A DNA stretch of 6,250 nt from Octopus sinensis (lineage: Eukaryota). A program made the position numbers and the translations under genes. Below, in pieces: positions 1 to 5,561 of the stretch. The notes below the pieces were generated by a model. It was given only the letters and a program-made list of their open reading frames with translations, did no database searches and was not told the DNA's origin. Where the stretch lies: NCBI RefSeq assembly GCF_006345805.1, contig NW_021829414.1:1-6250 (forward strand). The letters are read 5' to 3'. Position 1 is the stretch's first letter; every line of letters begins with the position of its first letter.

Positions 1-45
1 TGTTACTACTCAGAGACACCATTTGTTTCACGTGTTTTATTCACG

Positions 46-194
46 GTGTCTGTCTCTGTCTGTCTGTTTGTCTCTCCCTATCTCTCTGTCTCTCTCACTC
101 TCTCACTCTCTCTCTCTCGATCTCTAGGTCTCTTTCATTCCCTTCTTCTCTTTCTATTTTTCTCTTTCTTTCTTTTTTTTTTGTCTGTATCCTT
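46..194. repeat. Pyrimidine-rich (CT)n/(CTGT)n/T-rich low-complexity tract
   Basis: Directly visible TCTC/TGTC reiterations ending in a T run. Confidence 0.9.
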
Positions 195-267
195 GCAAAC
201 GCATATACATATATAGCAGCATTGGCATGCGCAGATAGTGGCGCTCACTTAAGGATATTTGATATAT

Positions 268-322
268 AAAAGAGAGAGAGAGAGGGGGGGCGGGAATGGG
301 GCAGAGAGAAAGAGAGAAAGAA
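268..322. repeat. Purine-rich (GA)n tract with a G run
   Basis: aaaagagagagagagagggggggcggg...agagagaaagagagaaagaaag. Confidence 0.85.
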
Positions 323-344
323 AGTGTATGATTTTACATGTTTG

Positions 345-631
345 CTTCTATATACATGTGTGTGAACATATGTGTTTGTGCGCGTGTGTGTATACACACA
401 CACACACATACACATATATATATTCAGAGAGAGGAGGAATCTACATACATTGTTATATTGTGTAAGTATATTTACATATATATATATATATATATATACA
501 TATTGAAAGCTGTTATAAATAAGAGTTCAATGACACACACACAAACATATACATACACATATATGTATGTATGTATATATACATACATTCATACATGTGT
601 ACATACATGTATACACTCACACATAGGCATT

Positions 632-665
<34 letters not shown>

Positions 666-740
666 CACATATTTATACACATATAAATATACACACACAT
701 ATATATATGCACATATATATAGATATTTACACACACAGAC
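345..740. repeat. Compound (TA)n/(CA)n/(TG)n microsatellite mosaic
   Basis: Alternating purine-pyrimidine runs, interrupted by short unique stretches; includes the perfect 18-nt palindrome gtgtgtgtatacacacac at 384-401. Confidence 0.9.
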
Positions 741-824
741 GCATGTCCACCAAATAAAAAAAAACATTTCAGAAAATGTCTTCCGATTCAAACAGTTACA
801 CAAGCAAAGAAACAAATAATCAAG

Positions 825-856
<32 letters not shown>

Positions 857-938
857 TACACACACACACACACACACACGCACACACACACACACACACT
901 CACACACACACACACACATACACTCATACACACACACA
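825..938. repeat. (CA)n microsatellite
   Basis: About 114 nt of near-perfect CA repeats. Confidence 0.97.
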
Positions 939-950
939 GAAAACATAATT

Positions 951-984
951 TCTGTCTCTCCCGTTCTTTCTCTCGTTCTCTCTG

Positions 985-1036
<52 letters not shown>
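951..1036. repeat. (CT)n microsatellite
   Basis: Long tctctc run with a few interruptions. Confidence 0.95.
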
Positions 1037-1244
1037 ACACACAGAAATACAAAACAAAAACGAAAACAGCAACCGAAGCACACATTCACAGCCCCTCTCA
1101 AACAAGAAGAAGAAGAACCCCCAAAATAACATGATAAATATACAGTTTCATAAGCACGCACACATTCACAACTCAGGTGTAATCAGTGCAAGCATACAAA
1201 GTGATACAAGCGGAAGCGAATGTTCAATGAAACACCAAAACCTA

Positions 1245-1920
1245 CAGACACACACACATACACACACATACACACATGCATAAATATACACACACATACA
1301 CACATATGCACATACACACACATACACACAGACAGACACACACACAGACTCACACGTACATAAATATACACAGACATACACACATACGTACAAACAGACA
1401 CATACACGCAGACATGCACACACACACACACACAGACAAGCACACATACACACAGATACATAAATATACACACACATACACAGACATGCACATACACATA
1501 CACACATATACGTAAATATGCACACACATACACACATATGCACATACACACATACACAGAGACACACATATACATAAATATACACGCACATACGCACATA
1601 CGCACATACATACACATACACACAGACACACACACAGACACACATACACATAAATATATACACATTCACACATATCCGCACATAGATACACATACACAGA
1701 GACAAACACACACACACACATACATAAATGTACACATATACATACATACGCACATACACACAGACACACAGACACACACATAGATAAATATACACACACT
1801 ACACACATAGGTACATGCACACGCCTACATATTCACAAACATACACAAATACATGCATACACATACACATACATACACATATACAAATACATACAGACAC
1901 ACACATGCACACACACATAC
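1245..1920. repeat. Compound CA-rich cryptic minisatellite (CACA/CATA/CAGA) with a recurring TAAAT landmark
   Basis: About 675 nt of degenerate (CA)n. TAAAT recurs at 1281, 1361, 1461, 1513, 1575, 1651, 1725 and 1785. Confidence 0.9.
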
Positions 1921-1924
1921 ATAG

Positions 1925-2040
1925 GTGAGTGAGTGAGTGAGTGTGCTTGAGCGTACACGTGTGTGTACGCGCGTGTGTTTGTATGTATGTATGTATGTAT
2001 GTATGTATGTGCATTTTACATACACACATACACATCTATA
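1925..2040. repeat. (GTGA)n, (GT)n and (GTAT)n microsatellites followed by a CA/TACA tract
   Basis: (GTGA)4-5 at 1925-1943 and (GTAT)7 from 1981. Confidence 0.9.
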
Positions 2041-2167
2041 CTCAGGTATGCACTTACACCAATTGAATTCAAATGTATTCTCACATACACATGTACAAAC
2101 AAATGTCCCATCCCACATCCTTTATTTTTTTTTTCCCCCTTTTCCTTTGTGCTTGTCCTTTTCCAAG

Positions 2168-2247
2168 ATGTTCTCCAGCGCGAAACATTAAAGAAGGAAC
2201 GCCATCTAGTGGAGGAATAAACAGCGAAAGTTCGCCTATTAAAAATC
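2168..2247 (+). other. Alternative candidate exon on the plus strand (A-CSPARNIKEGTPSSGGINSESSPIKN or DVLQRETLKKERHLVEE*)
   Basis: Pyrimidine tract 2119-2164 followed by AAG (2165-2167) or CAG (2176-2178); possible donor GTATGT at 2248. No recognisable protein family. Confidence 0.15.
2200..2212 (-). promoter_or_regulatory. CTCF-type binding motif (CCACTAGATGGCG)
   Basis: The minus strand reads cctCCACTAGATGGCGttc, a match to the bilaterian CTCF core (CCASYAGRKGGCR). It lies in unique, CpG-containing sequence. Binding is not demonstrated. Confidence 0.5.
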
Positions 2248-2314
2248 GTATGTTGAACAATGATGGCTCCTTGAATGCAAATTCAGTTCTATCTTATCTT
2301 CATGTCCGTTTGGA
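2239..2314 (-). other. Candidate terminal coding exon (xPNGHEDKIELNLHSRSHHCSTYDF*); no homology recognised
   Basis: On the minus strand, a polypyrimidine tract ends in TTTTGCAG (AG at 2316-2315). There is a TAA stop at 2241-2239, then AATAAA at 2126-2121, a CA 15 nt further on, and a TTTGTTTGT downstream element. The evidence is signals only. Confidence 0.2.
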
Positions 2315-2707
2315 CTGCAAAAGATGCAAAGAAATAAACGTAAAAACGGTGAACAATGGCGGCGTAATCTTTTCTGCAACTCGACTCGAAAAACCCCGTT
2401 TCCTCCTACTATCCCGACCCCCCCCCCCACTTGGGGGGGTTGTTGGCTGGCTGGAATTGGTTTTAGCTTTTGATATTTTGGGGTTTTTGATTTTTGATAT
2501 CAACGATGCATTCACCAGACCTGGACTCGGTAGTTTGTGCTTGCTACATACATACATACAAACATTCAAACCGAAAGAAATGTTGGAAGAAAGAAAGAAG
2601 TAGGAGGAGGAGGCATGGTTAGGGCGATGAGTGATGAGTGAGACACCCAACCGACATCACAGGAAAAGAATATGAAATGAAGTAAGAATGATTAACAAAA
2701 AGACAGA

Positions 2708-2720
2708 GTGTGTTTATGTT

Positions 2721-2756
<36 letters not shown>

Positions 2757-2871
2757 GGAAGGGGCAGAAGGAGAGGGGGAGGGAGGGATGGAGGGAGAGA
2801 ACAAAAGAGAGAAAGAGAAAGAAAGGGAGAATGAAAGAGGCGGAAAGTCGTTCAGTCAGTCAGTCAGTCAG
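2708..2871. repeat. (GT)n/(GA)n, polypurine tract and (TCAG)5
   Basis: gtgtgtgt followed by gagagaga, a purine tract to about 2846, then (TCAG)5 at 2852-2871. Confidence 0.9.
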
Positions 2872-2889
2872 GTGAAAGAGTTTTGTGCT

Positions 2890-3269
2890 TGTGTGTACGT
2901 ATATACATACAAATATTCATAAGTACATACAACACGCACAATAACAATTATACACCTTAATACACATGTATACATACATATATACCATGCATACATATAT
3001 ATTTTTTATAAATATATATGCATATATATGTGTGTGTATATATATGTGTGTATATATATATATAGATATTATATATATATATATATATATATACATATAT
3101 CCATACCACCACACACATATATATACACATACATACATACACACAACACACACACATATATATATACACCCATACATACATACATACATCACACATCACC
3201 GCACACCCCACTTGCACAACACACACATAATATATATGTATATATATACAATATAATATATGTATATAT

Positions 3270-3313
<44 letters not shown>

Positions 3314-3355
3314 ATATATATATATCTATATATATATATATATATTATATATATA
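2890..3355. repeat. Compound (TA)n/(CA)n/(TACA)n microsatellite ending in a long (TA)n tract
   Basis: Near-pure AT alternation from about 3230 to 3355. Confidence 0.95.
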
Positions 3356-3835
3356 CAGTGTGCGGTGAATCTATTGAATATATTGTCTAAATTACGCGAA
3401 AATGAAAATAACACTGACATCAATTTAACAGATATATTTACCAAAATTAGATTTAAATACCTTGAGTAAATTTATTCAATAAAACCGCCATTGGCTTCAA
3501 GCACAACCTCCAGGCCATTTCGGAATCTCCTACAACACTTCTTGATGGTCTCCTTGTTTGAGTTTGTGAATACTGCCATAATCCTTGGCTTCAGTTAATC
3601 TTTGGTGTTGCAAGATGTTTTGTTGGTTTCTCGCTCAACTGCTTCTCACACACAATAACCAAGAGGGTTGCAGTCTGAGGAGTTAGGTGACCAGCTGTTA
3701 GGGGTGATGTGGTCGCAGAAATTGTCTGACAGCCATGACTGGGTTCTCCTGCTTTTGTGGCATGGTGCAAAGTACTGTTGCCAGACATAGGATCTTCCAG
3801 CAGCCACCCTCTGGCCCCAGGGCAGTAATACCACC
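3356..3835 (-). mobile_element. Truncated Tc1/mariner DNA transposon, DD37D (maT-type), 3' end with terminal inverted repeat end
   Basis: TA|CAGTGTGCGG terminus at 3354-3365, abutting a (TA)n tract (the TA target site and CAGT terminus are typical of Tc1/mariner). The transposase C-terminus is on the minus strand. The other end is not found in the window. Confidence 0.88.
3472..3834 (-). pseudogene. Decayed mariner-like transposase catalytic/C-terminal fragment
   Basis: Translation: VVLLPWGQRVAAGRSYVWQQ[Y]FAPCHKSRRTQSWLSDNFCDHITPNSWSPNSSDCNPL[G]YCV*EAVERETNKTSCNTKD*LKPRIMAVFTNSNKETIKKCCRRFRNGLEVVLEANGGFIE*. This matches the QQDxAPxH, WPPNSPDxNPLDY and W...EAVVEANG motifs. There are 37 residues between the second and third catalytic positions. 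In-frame stops lie at 3648-3646 and 3597-3595, and the natural stop at 3474-3472. Confidence 0.9.
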
Positions 3836-4051
3836 AGTGTGAAATTAACAGCTGACCTTGAAACAACCCAGAGAAGATTCACAAAGAAGATCGTCTCTTT
3901 GCAACAGCTCAGCTACTGGGAAAGATTGAAACAGCTAAGACTCTACTCCCTGGAGAGAAGACGGGAGAGGTATGCAGTAATATATATCTGGAATCTCCTG
4001 GAAGGAATTGTGCCAAATTTTGGCATTGAAAGCTACACAAATGCCAGAACG
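3830..4051 (+). mobile_element. CR1-group non-LTR retrotransposon (LINE) ORF2 fragment, region C-terminal to the RT domain; truncated at both ends
   Basis: SVKLTADLETTQRRFTKKIVSLQQLSYWERLKQLRLYSLERRRERYAVIYIWNLLEGIVPN matches the CR1-type signature LExVQRRxTKxIxxLxxLSYxERLxxLxLxSLExRRxR. Confidence 0.9.
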
Positions 4052-4084
4052 CGATTGTTATTATCAGCAACACATTGATCATAA

Positions 4085-4167
4085 CCCTTTACAGCTGTTT
4101 CAATTGCACGCTATGAAATTAATTAAATATTAGATTCTTATTTCTGAGCATAATTTCTTCAGAGAGG
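4085..4167 (-). ncRNA. Type I hammerhead ribozyme-like motif (Penelope-like-element type, minimal palindromic stem III), predicted GUA cleavage between 4090 and 4089
   Basis: Minus strand: CCUCU-CUGAAGA(4162-4156)-AAUU...46 nt...AAUU-GAAA(4101-4098)-CAGCUG-UA-AAGGG. All core nucleotides are present. Stem II is AAUU/AAUU flush with the core, stem III is ACA-gc-UGU, and stem I is imperfect (one mismatch or bulge). Confidence 0.6.
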
Positions 4168-4245
4168 AAATATATACCCTTAGATGTTATGTGTGTTTTC
4201 TTTTCTCTTACACGTCTTCAAACTTGATTAATTATCTATTTACTT

Positions 4246-4328
4246 ATTCCTGATGAAGGGGACGTGTCAATGTGAAACTAAAGGATTCGTAACTGATGAG
4301 TAAAGGACTCCAGAAACAGCTGTCGAAT
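4246..4328 (+). ncRNA. Type I hammerhead ribozyme-like motif with extended stem II, predicted GUC cleavage between 4324 and 4325
   Basis: AUUC(4246-49)-CUGAUGA(4250-56)-A-GGGG...CUCC-A-GAAA(4313-16)-CAGCUG-UC-GAAU(4325-28). Stem I is AUUC/GAAU, stem II is GGGG/CUCC with an A-A mismatch next to the core, and stem III is the palindrome ACAGCUGU. A second CUGAUGA lies at 4293-4299. Confidence 0.55.
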
Positions 4329-4792
4329 TGATTCATATTGACGCTATAATCCTCTGTAAAACATTTCTTTGGATCTCTTCTAAACTTTTAAATTCATAAT
4401 AAGGATTTCCCACTACTGCCGATGTATTTTATAACTTTCAATCCTCATTTCAACGTCCTTTAGCCTTAATTTAAATTTAATATGAATTTTAATCGATATA
4501 TCAACCTTTGTTTACCTTTTTCACGTACATTGTTACCTTATATAACTCATACTTCTTTCTAAATAATATATAAATAGGTTTCCTGTCTTGTTGAAATTTT
4601 ATGTTATATCTCTGTGTGTATTTATGTATATATTATGTTGATGTAAATCATAAATATAAAGTGATTACTTTAATTTTTGTCTCTTCTTATACCAAATTAT
4701 AAAATGTCTCACGTCTCGGGTCCGATCTGAGCACTTCCAAGAAATCGAGTAAAAACTTCGAAAGAAAAGAACAATATTCTATGTGTGTGTGT

Positions 4793-4969
4793 GGGGGGGG
4801 CAGTCGATTAGATCAACCTCAGTACGCAACTGTTACTTTATTTATCGACCACGAAAGGATAAAAGGCAAAGTTGATCTCGGTGGCATTTGAACTCAGAGA
4901 ACGTAGCGAGAAACAAAATACCGCTAAGCACTTCGCCCGGAGTGCTAAGGATTATGCCAGCTCGTCATT
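4793..4969 (-). mobile_element. tRNA-derived SINE (octopus-type), 3'-truncated
   Basis: Minus strand: A-box-like TGGCATAATCC (4959-4949), B-box GAGTTCAAATGCC (4895-4883), then body ...ccttttatcctttcgtggtcgataaataaagtaac...gttgatctaatcgact. Recalled as an abundant Octopus SINE; tRNA-derived SINE families OK/OR1/OR2 are described from octopus, and I do not assign which one. No target site duplication is seen. Confidence 0.85.
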
Positions 4970-4998
4970 AATATAATTGATGACACATTGCATATATA

Positions 4999-5448
4999 TA
5001 CTCTTACTCTTTTACTCTTTTACACTTTGTTTCAGTCATTTGACTGCGGCCATGCTGGAGCACCGCCTTTGTGTCGAGCAACTCGACCCCGGGACTTATT
5101 CTTTTGTAAGCCCTAGACTTATTCTATCGGTTCTCTTTTGCCGAACCGCTAAGTAACGGGGACATAAACACATCCAGCATCGGTTGTCAAGCAATGCTAG
5201 AGGGACAAACACACACACGCATATATATATTATCTATATATATATAATATATATATATTATATATATAATATATATATACGACAGGCTTCTTTCAGTTCC
5301 ATCTACCAAATCCACTCACAAGGCTTTGGTCGGCCCGAGGCTATAGTAGAAGACATTGCCCAAGGTGCCACGCAGGGGAGCAGTGGGACTGAACCCGGAA
5401 CCATGTGGTTGGTAAACAAGCTACTTACCACACAGCCACTCCTGCGCC
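4999..5448 (-). mobile_element. Full-length tRNA-derived SINE (octopus-type) with CORE-like segment, internal microsatellite and (TAAAAGAG)n tail
   Basis: Minus strand: head GGCGCAGGAG, A box TGGCTGTGTGG (5438-5428), B box GGTTCAGTCC (5395-5386), CORE-like ACCTTGGGCAA (5366-5356), internal (TA)/(TG) tract 5280-5209, and tail TAAAAGAG-TAAAAGAG-TAAGAG ending near 4999. Confidence 0.9.
5209..5280. repeat. (CA)n/(TA)n microsatellite internal to the SINE
   Basis: Directly visible. Confidence 0.9.
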
Positions 5449-5506
5449 TATGTGCATGGTACCTGCGTGATGTGTACCTGCGTTGCGCGCGTATGCATGT
5501 GTGTGT

Positions 5507-5561
5507 TGTTCACTGACAAAACTTCGTGCGTATCACTTTTGTGAAATTTTGTCAGTGAACA
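5507..5561. repeat. Perfect 15-bp inverted repeat with a 25-nt spacer
   Basis: TGTTCACTGACAAAA (5507-5521) and TTTTGTCAGTGAACA (5547-5561); further pairing TTC/GAA continues inward after one mismatch. Confidence 0.9.

Noticed and set aside
221-246. Small cluster of promoter-like motifs (reverse CCAAT, NRF1-like GCATGCGCA, partial AGTGGCGC)
   Set aside because: All matches are partial and short, with no supporting start site or CpG island; expected by chance.
1245-1800. CRISPR-like array
   Set aside because: The context is eukaryotic, the recurring unit is only about 7 nt, and the spacers are low-complexity and related to each other.
1921-2051. Consensus splice donors AG|GTGAGT (1925) and CAG|GTATGC (2046)
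   Set aside because: They are generated by, or embedded in, GTGA/GTAT repeats, with no plausible upstream exon.
1825-2118. Cys-rich minus ORF MWDGTFVCTCVCENTFEFNWCKC..., superficially EGF- or toxin-like, with a GTAAGT donor at 2057-2052
   Set aside because: The cysteines come from TGT in GT-rich repeat sequence; there is no signal peptide and the spacing does not fit a known fold.
259-2220. Many 68-209 aa ORFs on both strands (HT-, CV-, YI- and ER-rich)
   Set aside because: They are translations of CA/TG/TA/GA microsatellites, which lack stop codons; there are no domains or coding-like composition.
2073-2650. Full ORFs 2073-2603 (+) and 2300-2650 (-) as single-exon genes
   Set aside because: Both start or run through repeat-derived sequence and show no recognisable homology; only sub-segments are kept as low-confidence exon candidates.
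2619-3469. ORFs over the GA/TA/CA tracts
   Set aside because: Microsatellite artefacts.
3591-3866. 91-aa minus ORF MFQGQLL...
   Set aside because: It is an alternative frame over the transposase pseudogene and the antisense of the LINE fragment.
4250-4296. Box C/D snoRNA reading (TGATGA...CTGA); also a lone C-box-like GTGATGA at 2631-2637
   Set aside because: The first is too short, has no terminal stem, and is better explained by the hammerhead core with GAAA and stems; the second has no nearby D box.
4883-5448. tRNA genes (A and B boxes present)
   Set aside because: The boxes belong to SINE heads; there is no complete cloverleaf, and they are followed by SINE bodies and tails.
5184-5516. 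110-aa plus ORF
   Set aside because: It is the antisense reading of the SINE and its internal (TA)n tract.
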